DNA from: Verrucomicrobiales bacterium
GTDB lineage: Bacteria; Verrucomicrobiota; Verrucomicrobiia; Verrucomicrobiales; DEV007
Direction: 5' to 3'
DNA: 64,000 nucleotides
Assembly: GCA_048260165.1 (NCBI GenBank)
Contig: JBLXHA010000014.1
Coordinates: 62,882-126,881, forward strand
The notes below the pieces were generated by a model. That model was not told the origin of the DNA and made no database searches. It was given only the letters and a program-made list of their open reading frames with translations. Position numbers and translations under genes: made by a program. This document shows positions 19,701-29,605 of the stretch, piece after piece. Within the stretch, counting starts at the first letter, position 1. The number at the start of each line of letters is the position of its first letter.

Positions 19701-21284
19701 TCAGGGGCGCTGGAGATCGCTCGCCTTGAGCACGAAGTTCCCCTGCTCTTCGCCATCGATATCGATCGCACGAAACCGCACCTGTGGATCCTCCTGCGTC
19801 GTGTCGAACTCCATGAGCCCGAACGAGCATTTCTCGTTGTATCCCCAGACGAGGCCCTCCGTTTTGACGACGCTGTGAACGTGCTTGTTCGTGAGTCTGG
19901 AGCTCTCGAACTCATACAAGGTGTATCCGTTAGGGCGTTCCGTTTTCCTCAGGTCGGTTCGATGACGGTCAGCACAGACGAGAAAGACGCCATCGATCCG
20001 ATGGTTCTCGATGTGGGAAAAAATCTCCTCACGCTCCGCGGGAAATCCATCCCAGGGATCGAGACTGCCCGGCTTGATATCCGGCGTGAAGGGCACCGGG
20101 GAAACGACGACCTTGAACATCGCCCGTGAGTTCTCGAGCCCCTTGAGGAGCCACTCCTTCTGGACCGGGCCGAGCATGCTGCCGCCCTCAAGATCGCGGT
20201 AATAGCGTCCATCGAGCATGAAAAACTGCACATCACCGATCGCAAAATCATACCAGCACCCCGGCTGTTTCTCCCCGCCCCCGTATCCCGGGTTCGCCCA
20301 GTTTTCCCGGAATTTATTCCAAACCGCCCGCTTCCACGAAGGCTTCTCAATCCCGGGGCCGGGGACGCAGTCATTGACCGCGAAATCATGATCATCGTAG
20401 ATCGAATAGACCGGGACCTCGCGGATGAGATGCCGCCACTCGGGACGACTCTGACGACGGCTGTAACAGTAGTCATGCGTCTGAAGATACTCGGGCTGGT
20501 CGATGTAAACGTTGTCTCCCAACATGAGCAACGCGTCCGGCCGAACCTCGCGAATCGTGTTCCACATGTATTCCCACTCCGGAACGAATCCGGCACCGCC
20601 ACCGAACGCGACTTTGAATTTCGACGCCGTTCCCGGGGCGGGCCGCGTGCGGAAGGTCATCGCCTCTTCGCCGGGGAAGAAAGCCACGTCATCGCTTCTG
20701 ATAAAACACGTCACCTCGGTGTCCGGCGTCAAATTCCCGATCTCAAAAACCCCGGTAAAATGGTTCTCTTTGGAGAAAGTGATTCGCTCCGTATTCACCG
20801 CCTCCTTCGATTTCTCTGCCACGATGAGGTGGTAGGTTCCGGGCCCCTTGGTCCGCACCCAGACCTTCGCGCTGTGATCCGTCACGTCGCCCAGCATCGG
20901 CCCGTGGATAATCGGTCCGACCTCGGCGATCCCCGGCAAACGCTGAAAGTCCTCGTGATCTCTCAGCCGGGAAGTTAAATGCAGCGGCCCCGCAAAAAAG
21001 CGCCCGGGCGGGATACCTTTCGCGAGCGCCTCCCGGGCGACCTCGATCGCATCCTCGACCTTGTCCTCCGCGAGCAGCTTGAGCATTCCCACGAAAAGAC
21101 TCTCCGCTTCGCCGGCATCGACCTTCGGATTGAGAAACGCTTTCGTGAACCCCTCCTCGCTTCCCGTCGCAAGCGCCTGCATCGCGTTGCGTTGCGCGTC
21201 GTGCTGAGCATACCCGTCGGACACGCAGAACCACATCGGGAGGAGGATTAGAAAAGAGCGAAAGGGGAGCTTGGAGAGCCGCAT
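19701..21284 (-). CDS. PhoD-like alkaline phosphatase / metallophosphatase
   Basis: LMLGDNVYID and IYDDHDFAVND, with signal-like N-terminus MRLSKLPFRSFLILLPMWFCVSDGYA. The track start 21308 is TTG; the ATG is at 21284. Confidence 0.8.
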   Translation of the reverse strand: MRLSKLPFRSFLILLPMWFCVSDGYAQHDAQRNAMQALATGSEEGFTKAFLNPKVDAGEAESLFVGMLKLLAEDKVEDAIEVAREALAKGIPPGRFFAGPLHLTSRLRDHEDFQRLPGIAEVGPIIHGPMLGDVTDHSAKVWVRTKGPGTYHLIVAEKSKEAVNTERITFSKENHFTGVFEIGNLTPDTEVTCFIRSDDVAFFPGEEAMTFRTRPAPGTASKFKVAFGGGAGFVPEWEYMWNTIREVRPDALLMLGDNVYIDQPEYLQTHDYCYSRRQSRPEWRHLIREVPVYSIYDDHDFAVNDCVPGPGIEKPSWKRAVWNKFRENWANPGYGGGEKQPGCWYDFAIGDVQFFMLDGRYYRDLEGGSMLGPVQKEWLLKGLENSRAMFKVVVSPVPFTPDIKPGSLDPWDGFPAEREEIFSHIENHRIDGVFLVCADRHRTDLRKTERPNGYTLYEFESSRLTNKHVHSVVKTEGLVWGYNEKCSFGLMEFDTTQEDPQVRFRAIDIDGEEQGNFVLKASDLQRP

Positions 21285-21417
21285 GCGAAAACTCTGATTC
21301 GGAGTCAAATCATTGCCAATTAAATAATTCCTTAATCAGCCCCCGAAAAAACCGTGAAAATTCTCATTCTACCGACTTGATTCCATCAAAATTCCACGTA
21401 ATAGTCCCCTCCCGTGT

Positions 21418-21491
21418 AACTCCATGGTGTAACGGTAGCACATCACATTTTGGTTGTGATTGTCAAGGTTCGAATCCTTGTGGAGTTGCCA
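21418..21491 (+). tRNA. tRNA-Gln (anticodon UUG), CCA encoded
   Basis: Hand-folded cloverleaf. Acceptor AACTCCA/TGGAGTT; D-stem GTGT/GCAC; anticodon stem TCACA/TGTGA with loop TTTTGGT; T-arm CAAGG-TTCGAAT-CCTTG; discriminator G then CCA. 74 nt. Confidence 0.9.
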
Positions 21492-21552
21492 CTTCCCCGG
21501 CCACGTCGGTCGGTCGGGTCCTTGACCCGCTTCCCTTTCCCCGAGCCAGCTC

Positions 21553-22443
21553 ATGAAGGAATCCAGCACGCTACGAACCCTCCTCATCCTTGGCCGGATC
21601 TCCAACCTCCCAACGATCTGGACGAATGTCGCGGTCGGTTGGTTCCTCTCCGGCGGCGTCTGGTCTCTCGAGTTTCTGTGGATCCTCGCGGGAATGAGCC
21701 TCCTCTACCTCGCCGGAATGACGTTGAATGACGCCTTCGACGCGGGCTGGGACAAAGAACACGCACCGGATCGTCCCATCGCAGCGGGCCATATTTCCGT
21801 GAAAGCGGTCTGGGCGGTGGGCACTCTACAGATGATCGCGGGAGCGGCGCTTCTCTTTCTACTCACCGGCGTGCACCCCGTCCTCATCGGCGGGTTGATC
21901 TTCGCGATCCTCCTCTACAACTGGCTCCACAAACGCTGGGCCGGATCGGTCATCATCATGGGACTGTGCCGCGCCCTCGTCTACCTCGGTGCGGGCAGCT
22001 CCGTGATTTCGCAGGCGCCGGGAATCGAGTTGCCCGAGTCGGTTTACATCGTCGCCTTCGGAGTCGTCCTTTACATCGCCGGACTCACTCTCGCGGCACG
22101 CTCCGAACATCTCAAGTCGCCGAAAGGACTTCCCTTTGGAACCCGGATCATGCTGATGATCCCCGTGCTCTTCCCGCTCTTCGGCTCGCGGGTGTTCTCC
22201 CCCGATTCGAATCCGATCAAGATCGCTCTCATCACCGTCGGGGTCTTCGGGATCTGGTCGTGGCTCGTCATCATGCTGAAAGCCCTCCGGGAAAAAGTCC
22301 CAGGGGGGATCGCCTACGCCATCGCCGGGATCGCCTTTTACGACGCCGCCATCGTCGCGTTTGCCGACTGGCAGGCCGCCGTCGCGTGTCTCGTCTGCTT
22401 CGGTCTCACGTTGATCGCTCAGCGATTTATTCCGGCGACCTGA
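21553..22443 (+). CDS. UbiA family prenyltransferase
   Basis: 296 aa with about 8-9 TM helices. First Asp-rich motif NDAFDAGWDKEHAPDRPIAAG. Confidence 0.85.
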   Translation: MKESSTLRTLLILGRISNLPTIWTNVAVGWFLSGGVWSLEFLWILAGMSLLYLAGMTLNDAFDAGWDKEHAPDRPIAAGHISVKAVWAVGTLQMIAGAALLFLLTGVHPVLIGGLIFAILLYNWLHKRWAGSVIIMGLCRALVYLGAGSSVISQAPGIELPESVYIVAFGVVLYIAGLTLAARSEHLKSPKGLPFGTRIMLMIPVLFPLFGSRVFSPDSNPIKIALITVGVFGIWSWLVIMLKALREKVPGGIAYAIAGIAFYDAAIVAFADWQAAVACLVCFGLTLIAQRFIPAT

Positions 22444-22506
22444 TCCGCCCGCAAATCCAGTAACGAAGATCTGGACGGGATTTCCGCGTGCCGTTAAACT
22501 GGATTC

Positions 22507-23019
22507 ATGCACGTCATCGTCTCCATCATCGGTCCGGATCGAAAAGGACTCGTCGAGAATCTCGCCTCGGTAATTCGCGGCGCGTCAGGAAACTGGGAAG
22601 GCAGTCGGATGATTCGCCTCGCCGGACAGTTTTCAGGAATGGTGCAGGTCGCGCTGCCCTCCGATTCCATCGCTGAACTGGAGACGGCGCTGTCCACGCT
22701 CGAGGAAGTCGGACTCAAAACCTCCGTGGTTCGGGCGAACGAAACGGCCGAGGCGCTCGCGGAACCGACACGGACGCTCCTGCTCGAAGTCGTCGGCAGC
22801 GACCGGCAGGGCATCGTCAGCGAGATTTCCAAAACGCTCGCCACTCAGGGAGCGAGCATCGTGGAACTCGCGACGGATTGCACCGATGCCCCCATGTCAG
22901 GGGAACGCCTTTTCAAAACCCACGCCCGTATCGAGATCTCCCTCGACACCAACGTCGAAGTCCTTCGCGAACTCATCGAATCGATCTCCGACGACCTCAT
23001 GGTCGAGATGGACGTTTAG
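22507..23019 (+). CDS. tandem ACT-domain protein (GcvR-like)
   Basis: MHVIVSIIGPDRKGLVENLASVI and a second repeat LLLEVVGSDRQGIVSEISKTLA, the layout of glycine-cleavage-system regulator GcvR-type proteins. Confidence 0.7.
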   Translation: MHVIVSIIGPDRKGLVENLASVIRGASGNWEGSRMIRLAGQFSGMVQVALPSDSIAELETALSTLEEVGLKTSVVRANETAEALAEPTRTLLLEVVGSDRQGIVSEISKTLATQGASIVELATDCTDAPMSGERLFKTHARIEISLDTNVEVLRELIESISDDLMVEMDV

Positions 23020-23085
23020 TCGGTAAGTTCATCCGCCCGGGCGGGGCGCTGAGCATGAAGGACGATCGCCCCTGCCGATTCGGGA

Positions 23086-24360
23086 TTAAAAAGGATCGGG
23101 TCTGTCCCCGTCTTCATCGACCGGAAGCGGAATCGGCAATCCATCGCCCGCCACCGAGAGCGATTCGGGCGCTTCCTCCGCGACTTCGGTCATCTCAGGA
23201 GCCTCCGCGCGCTCGGGCTCGACGGCTTCGACCTGCTCGGCAGGAGCCGGCTCCGATGCTGGCTCCGGTGCCGCTTGTGTTGGCACTTCCGCCGCCTCCT
23301 CTACCGGCGGTGCTGCCGACGCAACTGCGGCCTCCACTTTCGGGAGCGGGGCAATGAGCCGTCCCGGCAGGGGGCGGACGCGGTCATAGACATTTTTCCC
23401 GAGTTCACCGGCCACCTGGTAGCCCCGCTCGAACATTTCCATTTTCGCGTCGAGATTGTCGATGTAGTGCAGCGCCTGAGCTTCCGGCGTTTTCGGCACG
23501 ACCGGTGATCCGAACGCCAGCTCGCCATGATGCGAGACGATGAGATGCAGCAAGTGCAGGCGAACCCGGTCCGAATCCGGCTCGAGCGTTTCCCAGCTCG
23601 CGCTGTCAGGACTGTTCCCGACGAACTCCCGCCAGAGCTTGTTCACGATCTCCATCCCCAGCGGGATGTGCCCGATCAGCTCACTCACCTCGGTGTAGGG
23701 CATCGAGAAACCTTTCGCGGTGTAGGCATTCTCCCACAGCTTGCCGACATCGTGAAAGAGCACCCCGGTGACTAACAAATCCCGATTCAGCATCGGATAC
23801 GCCTCGCAAATCTGGACCGCGCTGCGCATCATTTGGGAAACGTGCTCGACGAGACCACCCCGCCTCGCGTGATGATAATCCCGCGCCGCGCCGGTCCGCT
23901 TGAAACGTTCGGCGTAGCGATCGAGAAACGACCGGCAAAGCAGACTGAGCCGCGGATCGGCGATGTTCGCGACCGCGCCTTCGATGAAGGCAAAGTCAGC
24001 GGTCTGTTTTTTGCGAAGCTCCGGCGAACCCGCGAGAACGCCGGCGGTTTCCTCTTCGCTCAGGGCGCGGGCCGTCCAGGTCTTGCCGTCGACCGAGCGG
24101 CCGTCATTGGCGAGCCCGAATTCCCCCGAAACTTCGTAAAACGTTCGCGCCTGCAACTGGGCACACGAATCGAACATGGGAGCGTTGTTCCACACGCGCA
24201 GGACGAGACTTTCCTCGGCATCCGAAAAAGTGAGCTCGTAAAAAGGATTGCCCGTCTTCGTCGTTTTCTTCAAAGAACGCTCGAGCTGAGCGTGATACCG
24301 CACCGTTTCGGCGATGGGACCGGCCTGCTGCTTCAGCTCGCGAATCGTGATGACTTCCAT
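23086..24360 (-). CDS. OB-fold + HD-domain phosphohydrolase (YhaM-like 3'-5' exoribonuclease family)
   Basis: HHARRGGLVEHVSQMM ... GVLFHDVGKLWE ... SHHGELAFGSP. The C-terminal ~90 aa are a Pro/Ala/Glu-rich low-complexity tail. Confidence 0.7.
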   Translation of the reverse strand: MEVITIRELKQQAGPIAETVRYHAQLERSLKKTTKTGNPFYELTFSDAEESLVLRVWNNAPMFDSCAQLQARTFYEVSGEFGLANDGRSVDGKTWTARALSEEETAGVLAGSPELRKKQTADFAFIEGAVANIADPRLSLLCRSFLDRYAERFKRTGAARDYHHARRGGLVEHVSQMMRSAVQICEAYPMLNRDLLVTGVLFHDVGKLWENAYTAKGFSMPYTEVSELIGHIPLGMEIVNKLWREFVGNSPDSASWETLEPDSDRVRLHLLHLIVSHHGELAFGSPVVPKTPEAQALHYIDNLDAKMEMFERGYQVAGELGKNVYDRVRPLPGRLIAPLPKVEAAVASAAPPVEEAAEVPTQAAPEPASEPAPAEQVEAVEPERAEAPEMTEVAEEAPESLSVAGDGLPIPLPVDEDGDRPDPF

Positions 24361-24413
24361 GTCCTCACGCTAGCGCGAGGGCCTCATCGCCGCGAGAAAA
24401 AGTTGGTGCTGTT

Positions 24414-25424
24414 TCAGCGCCAGGAACGCAGACCGAGGTATTGCCAGAGCTCCTCGCTTTTGATGAGAAGATAAACGAGATAGGTGGAAAGGACGAGAGA
24501 CCCTGACATTGCCGCAGGCGAGAGCGATCCCTGAGCCGCGAATCCCCACGCCAGCATCGCGCTGATGCCGAAAGCACCGGAAAGAAAAACGCTGCGCTTC
24601 CTCCGCGAATGATTCGGCAAAAAGGAGAAGCGACCCGAGAGCAGAAACGCCAGCCCCGCCGTGAATGCGATGACCGTGAAAGGAAGCGATGACCACCCCG
24701 CGAAAATCGAGAGAGCACCGACGAAAAGCGGAATCGCGATGAAGTCCGCAGCCGAGGCAAAACGGCCCGCCCTGACCCACTCGCGCCGCAACCGGAGCAA
24801 TCCGACGCTGATCGCCGCGCCGCAGGCAATACTCGCGAGAGGCAGCATCAAAGACTGGTGGCTGAAACTGCGATAGACATACTGGTGAGCGCCCACCATG
24901 AGCAGCATCAGCGCGAGGAAAATCAGATTGAAGCCGAGCGTGACCCGGAACGACTTTTCCCGACTGAGTCGTCTCAGTGAAAAATGACGGCGACGGAGCA
25001 GGCGGCTGCCTCCACTCGCGGTTCGCTGCGAAGCGGCATCGACACGCTTGCTGAAAAAGATCGCGTTGCCGGCATACGACTCCTTGAGCCGCTCCCGGTT
25101 CACCATCGATTCCCTCGAGTCGGGAAACTGAACGCGCACCTGATCGACCTCGCAGGATTCCTTGAGAATCACAAACTTCTCCCCCCCTTCGAGCTCCAGA
25201 ATCACGGGGAGACCGCTCTCCGGAATATCCTCGAATTTCACGCGGCGGCGGGACGCGCGGAGATGGTTCGCGGTGGCGCCTTTCCCCCACGGGATTTTCG
25301 TGCCGCTTTTCTCCATTCCCTCGAATTCCGCAACCCCGGACCGACTGACCACACCATGATGGCGACCAATCAGAGAGAGGGCGCGAGCGGACTCAGGAGT
25401 CACCGGTTGGAGAAAAGCATTCAT
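24414..25424 (-). CDS. membrane protein with a cytoplasmic C39-peptidase-like (non-catalytic) N-terminal domain and no ATPase
   Basis: 336 aa. The N-terminal ~125 aa (ARALSLIGRHHGV ... LPVILELEGGEKFVILKESCEVDQVRVQFPDS...LKESYAGNAIFF) follow the pattern of C39-like domains of bacteriocin/HlyB-type exporters, with Ala/Ser where the catalytic Cys sits. About 5-6 TM helices follow. The ORF is solid; the domain call is inference. Confidence 0.55.
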   Translation of the reverse strand: MNAFLQPVTPESARALSLIGRHHGVVSRSGVAEFEGMEKSGTKIPWGKGATANHLRASRRRVKFEDIPESGLPVILELEGGEKFVILKESCEVDQVRVQFPDSRESMVNRERLKESYAGNAIFFSKRVDAASQRTASGGSRLLRRRHFSLRRLSREKSFRVTLGFNLIFLALMLLMVGAHQYVYRSFSHQSLMLPLASIACGAAISVGLLRLRREWVRAGRFASAADFIAIPLFVGALSIFAGWSSLPFTVIAFTAGLAFLLSGRFSFLPNHSRRKRSVFLSGAFGISAMLAWGFAAQGSLSPAAMSGSLVLSTYLVYLLIKSEELWQYLGLRSWR

Positions 25425-25614
25425 ATTCAGAGATCTTGCATGAATATAATAACTATAATTTTAATAATTAAAAGGAGAATTTTAAGATTTGTTGACTAAT
25501 TTTGCTGTATTGAGGATTTTAGGTTTACTCAGGCGTATCGCTTGATGAGTTTCTTTGCTCTCTGAAGATGGTATAAGTGCACCCGTCTCTCTGCGCAGAG
25601 TCATCCCACCCGGC
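25425..25614. promoter_or_regulatory. strongly AT-rich divergent intergenic region
   Basis: aatataataactataattttaataattaaaaggagaattttaagatttgttgactaattttgctgtattgagg lies between the two divergent genes and contains TTGACT. Exact promoters could not be fixed. Confidence 0.3.
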
Positions 25615-28600
25615 ATGTCAAAAACATCCCCCACCCCACGCGAATCCCTCTCCGATCGACCCGGTCGGAGTGCCAAATCCCGTGCCGAATCGGGACTCAC
25701 CCGCGGGCGCAGCCGCATCTGGAACCGCGTCCACCGCTCTTTCTTCAAAAGCGAAACCCCGCGCACCGAGGAATCGATGCTTCCGATGCTCATCGAGGTG
25801 TTCGCCGGATTCACAAAACTCGACGGTCAGGTCATGGAGGCGGAAATCGACTCCATCCTCGGATTCCTCCGCTACGACTTCCCCGAAACCGTCTACACCG
25901 AGTTGAAGCAACTTTTCATGAAGTCGCTCCGGCGGCGTCAGGATCTCGAAGCGATCGCGGGAGATCTCGCCGGCACCCTCCCGCTCGAGGATAAGATTTT
26001 ACTCGGCGTCCAGCTCTACGTCCTCATCAGCCGGGCCGGGCTTCCGAAAGAGAACCTCATCACGTTCTACCAGTTCATGACGACGCTGGGCGTCGCGTCG
26101 GAAGCGATCAACATCGTCTACCAGCTCAACACCAGCGAGCTCTCCCAGCTCGAAAAAACCGGCTCGACGCTCGCGAGCGACGCCGCCGGGAATGACGATT
26201 CGCATCGCCTCGAGTCACTCGTCCTCTCCACCGAAGAGCCCGCCGACGTCTCCATCATCTCGGATGACGGCGAACATTCCGTCGTCGCGTTCCGGTTTCA
26301 AAATCTCGTTCTCATCAAAAACCTCGGGCCCGACCCCATTCTCGCGCGGGGCCGCCAGGTCAACGCCGGGGATTTCTGCCGCGTCTACGAAGGGCAGCGC
26401 ATCGTCGTCGGGGAGGAAAATCTCAGCTTCGAGAACCTCGTCTTCTACTTCAACAGCAAGAAGAACGTCTCGACGGTTCAGCTCTACCTCGCGAAAGACA
26501 ACAACGGCACGCAGTTCATTGAGAAAACGAAGACGAAGCAGAGCTACATGCGCGTCACCTTCGGGCTGCGCATCAAAGTCGAGGTGATCAATCACTCCGA
26601 CGCCGTCATCGGCGACCGCACCCTCACGAAGGGCGACGAGTTCGAAGTCACCGCGCGCGACCGGCTCGACTTCCCCGATCACACCGAGATTTCCTTCGAC
26701 GACCTGAGACGAAAAGCCCGCGAACTCGGGGGCCGTTTCACGCTGCCGCCGAACCGCACCGCCTACCTCGTTTCCAACGATCCCGCGCAGCTTTCCCCCG
26801 GCGACATTCTTCTCACGCCCGGCAACCCCGGGAACATCCTCCTCAGCATCAAGTGCGACTACGCCACGAAAACGGGCACGCTCGAGATCCTCGAATCCGA
26901 ACGCCCCGTCGCCGTCGAAGGCGAACGCGTCCGCGGAACCGCTCCGCTCAAAGACGGCAGCGTGATCTCTCTCGGGGGCGGCCAGTTCCTGCGCTGCCAC
27001 TTCTCCGAAGGCATCATCGAAGAGGAACGCAACGTCATCAACACGCTCAAGCTGCGTGACGTGAGCCACTCCTACGACCGGAAAATCTCCGCGCTCGACG
27101 GGATCTCCTTCTCGATCCAGCGGGGCGAAATGGTCTGCGTGATGGGACCGAGCGGTTGCGGAAAAAGCACCCTGCTCAAAGCCGTCGGCGGCCAGCTCAA
27201 GCCGCGCAGCGGACGCATCGACCTGAACGGCGTCGACCTCTACTCCGCGCACGACGATCTCAAATCCTACATCGCCCTGATTCCTCAGGATGAGACCTTC
27301 GATCCCCTCCTCACCGTTGAGGAAAACCTCGATACCGCCGCCGCGATCCGCGCGCCGCACTTCCCCATCGCCGAGCGTCGCCGCCGCGTTGACTCGAAAC
27401 TCATCGAGCTCGGACTCAACGAAATCCGCCACCGCCTCGCCGGTGACCAGGAAACGAAAAGCCTCAGTGGCGGCCAGCGCCGGCGTCTCAACGCGGGAAT
27501 GGACATGATCGGCATCGCCGACGTCTACCTCTTCGACGAACCGACCTCGGGCCTCTCCTCGAAAGACTCCGAACACGTCCTCGAGACGATCCGCGGACTC
27601 ACCCACAACAAGATCACGCTCGTCTCGATCCACCAGCCGAGCAGTCGCCTTTTCCAAATGTTCGACAAGGCGATCCTCCTCGACAACGGAGGCAAACTCG
27701 CCTTCTTCGGGACGCCGACCCAGATGCTCGAATACTTCCAGGATGCCCAGGCCCAGGAAGGTATTTTCACGAACCCGATCGAAGCCGCCGCCGAACTCGG
27801 GAGCAACCTCGCGATGACGCCCGACTTCATCTTCGACGTCCTCGAAACCCCGCTCCGCGACCTCGGGGGTGACGTCATTTTCGAACGCGACGCCCGGGAC
27901 AACCTCATCCCCGCACGACGCTTCAACGCCTCCTTCTGGTCGGACCGCTTTCAAACCCACCGCCTCCTCGAAGAGGTCAATGTCAGGGAAATCGACACCG
28001 AAAGCTCCCAGACCGCGAGCCTGCAGAAAACCCCGCAGGCCGCGCCGCGGAAACTGCGCCACGACTGGGTGCGATTCGCGAACCAGTTCAAACGCGCCTT
28101 TTTCAGCAAGCTCCGCAACCGGGCCAACCTCGCGACAACGCTCCTCGAAGCCCCCGCCCTCGCCATCCTCATCGGCATGGTGATGCGCTACTCCGAGACC
28201 GGGACCTACAGCTACGCCAACGCCTTCCACATCCCGACCTACCTCTTCCTCGGGCTCGTCACCGCGCTCTTCCTCGGCATGACCAACTCCGCCGAGGAAA
28301 TCATCCGCGACCGCAACCTCCTCATGCGGGAACGCCATCACGGCTTTCGCATCACCGGTTACATCATCGGCAAATACCTCTCGCTCGGCTTTTTCGCGCT
28401 GATCCAGTGCGTCATCTACCTCCTCATCGGTGACGCCATCCTCGGGATCCGCTCGATGTTTTTCCCCAACCTTCTCTGGATGTTCTCGACCGCCTTCGTC
28501 GGCGTCGCGGCGGGACTCTTCGTCTCCAGCATCGTGAAAAGCCCGAAAACCGCGGTGAACATCATCCCGCTGATTCTCATCCCCAACATCATCCTCGGCG

Positions 28601-29310
28601 GAGCGCTCATCAAATACGACGAGATGAACCGCAGCCTCGACATCATCCAGAACATCCGCCAGTGGTTCGCGACCGAAGAAGAAGAGGAACAGGCGAGCCG
28701 ACTCAAGGTCCCCGGCATCTGTCATTTCATGCCGCTGCGCTGGAGTTACGAATCCATCATCATCGCGCACGCCGATCAGAACCCCGCGAGCCGTCTCACC
28801 CGCTACATCGAAACCGAGATCCAGAGCTTCAGCGAAATCCCCCTCGATCAAAAGCTCACCTCCGATCAAAAGGACCGCCTCTACCAGTTCAAACAGGCGC
28901 TCGCTGTCATTCACGGCCTCGAAGGCGAAACCCCGCGCGACGTGAGCAGACAGCTCGACGAAATCCGCGCCGCGCTCGGAGCGGGCACCTTCGACCCCGA
29001 ACCCTACTTCGACGAGTCAGACGACGACGAGGTCAACTTCTCCGCGAAAGACCTCTACCTGAACGACAAAGTGCAGGACCTCTTCAACCGCGCCGAGGTC
29101 GAAAGACAGGATTACCGCCGCGTCGCGAATCCGCCGAACGTCTTTTTCGGACGCGAACGACAGTTCCGCTTCCCGCCCCGGGCCGAGGAACCGCTCTTCC
29201 AGTTCACCGTCGACACCCTCAAACTGAACATCTCAGCGATGCTCTTCTTCGTCATCGGCGCCTTCATCGCCCTCAGAGCCAGCCTCAAAAAGCAGCTGAG
29301 CAAGGTGTGA
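25615..29310 (+). CDS. fusion protein: TerB-like N-domain + FHA-like repeats + ABCG-type ATPase + ABC-2 permease
   Basis: Walker A GPSGCGKST, signature LSGGQRRRLN, Walker B VYLFDEPTSGL and SIHQPS (ABCG/White-type), followed by about 6 TM helices and one extra C-terminal TM. Upstream are LIEVFAGFTKLDGQVMEAEIDSILGFL (TerB/DjlA-N-like) and three degenerate FHA-like repeats. Alternative starts are TTG 25555 and ATG 25777. Confidence 0.85.
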   Translation: MSKTSPTPRESLSDRPGRSAKSRAESGLTRGRSRIWNRVHRSFFKSETPRTEESMLPMLIEVFAGFTKLDGQVMEAEIDSILGFLRYDFPETVYTELKQLFMKSLRRRQDLEAIAGDLAGTLPLEDKILLGVQLYVLISRAGLPKENLITFYQFMTTLGVASEAINIVYQLNTSELSQLEKTGSTLASDAAGNDDSHRLESLVLSTEEPADVSIISDDGEHSVVAFRFQNLVLIKNLGPDPILARGRQVNAGDFCRVYEGQRIVVGEENLSFENLVFYFNSKKNVSTVQLYLAKDNNGTQFIEKTKTKQSYMRVTFGLRIKVEVINHSDAVIGDRTLTKGDEFEVTARDRLDFPDHTEISFDDLRRKARELGGRFTLPPNRTAYLVSNDPAQLSPGDILLTPGNPGNILLSIKCDYATKTGTLEILESERPVAVEGERVRGTAPLKDGSVISLGGGQFLRCHFSEGIIEEERNVINTLKLRDVSHSYDRKISALDGISFSIQRGEMVCVMGPSGCGKSTLLKAVGGQLKPRSGRIDLNGVDLYSAHDDLKSYIALIPQDETFDPLLTVEENLDTAAAIRAPHFPIAERRRRVDSKLIELGLNEIRHRLAGDQETKSLSGGQRRRLNAGMDMIGIADVYLFDEPTSGLSSKDSEHVLETIRGLTHNKITLVSIHQPSSRLFQMFDKAILLDNGGKLAFFGTPTQMLEYFQDAQAQEGIFTNPIEAAAELGSNLAMTPDFIFDVLETPLRDLGGDVIFERDARDNLIPARRFNASFWSDRFQTHRLLEEVNVREIDTESSQTASLQKTPQAAPRKLRHDWVRFANQFKRAFFSKLRNRANLATTLLEAPALAILIGMVMRYSETGTYSYANAFHIPTYLFLGLVTALFLGMTNSAEEIIRDRNLLMRERHHGFRITGYIIGKYLSLGFFALIQCVIYLLIGDAILGIRSMFFPNLLWMFSTAFVGVAAGLFVSSIVKSPKTAVNIIPLILIPNIILGGALIKYDEMNRSLDIIQNIRQWFATEEEEEQASRLKVPGICHFMPLRWSYESIIIAHADQNPASRLTRYIETEIQSFSEIPLDQKLTSDQKDRLYQFKQALAVIHGLEGETPRDVSRQLDEIRAALGAGTFDPEPYFDESDDDEVNFSAKDLYLNDKVQDLFNRAEVERQDYRRVANPPNVFFGRERQFRFPPRAEEPLFQFTVDTLKLNISAMLFFVIGAFIALRASLKKQLSKV

Positions 29311-29472
29311 CCCGAACCGTTCTCAAACCGTCCGCCCCGGCCCGCCCGGGTTGCTGTCCCCGCCCCGACGCGGGCGTTGAAATCCGGCAGATTCAGTCAG
29401 AGACGAATCGCAGTTGAAAAACCGCCCTAATCAGCGATAATCACGCCCGCCTTATACCCAAGGCAAAAACAA

Positions 29473-29546
29473 GTGCCCATAGCTCAGCTGGATAGAGCAC
29501 CGGATTTCTAATCCGGCGGTCGTTGGTTCGAATCCAACTGGGCATG
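29473..29546 (+). tRNA. tRNA-Arg (anticodon UCU)
   Basis: Hand-folded. Acceptor GTGCCCA/TGGGCAT (G1-U72 wobble); D-arm GCTC-AGCTGGATA-GAGC; anticodon stem CCGGA/TCCGG with loop TTTCTAA; T-arm GTTGG-TTCGAAT-CCAAC. CCA is not encoded. Confidence 0.9.
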
Positions 29547-29605
29547 TTTGTTTTTCGGGATAGCGCGCAGCGGAAGACAAACGACTTCCGTCCAAAGTCC
29601 TCCGT

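Noticed and set aside
26215-28914. An 899-aa ORF antisense to the ABC transporter. Similar long antisense ORFs are 4553-5707, 6059-7489, 8479-9435, 42677-43609, 44318-45685, 46877-47914, 51398-52570, 59294-60400 and 62970-63845.
   Set aside because: These are shadow ORFs, typical of high-GC DNA. Their translations are low-complexity (R/G/E/D/V-rich) with no motifs. The opposite strand encodes proteins with clear family signatures.
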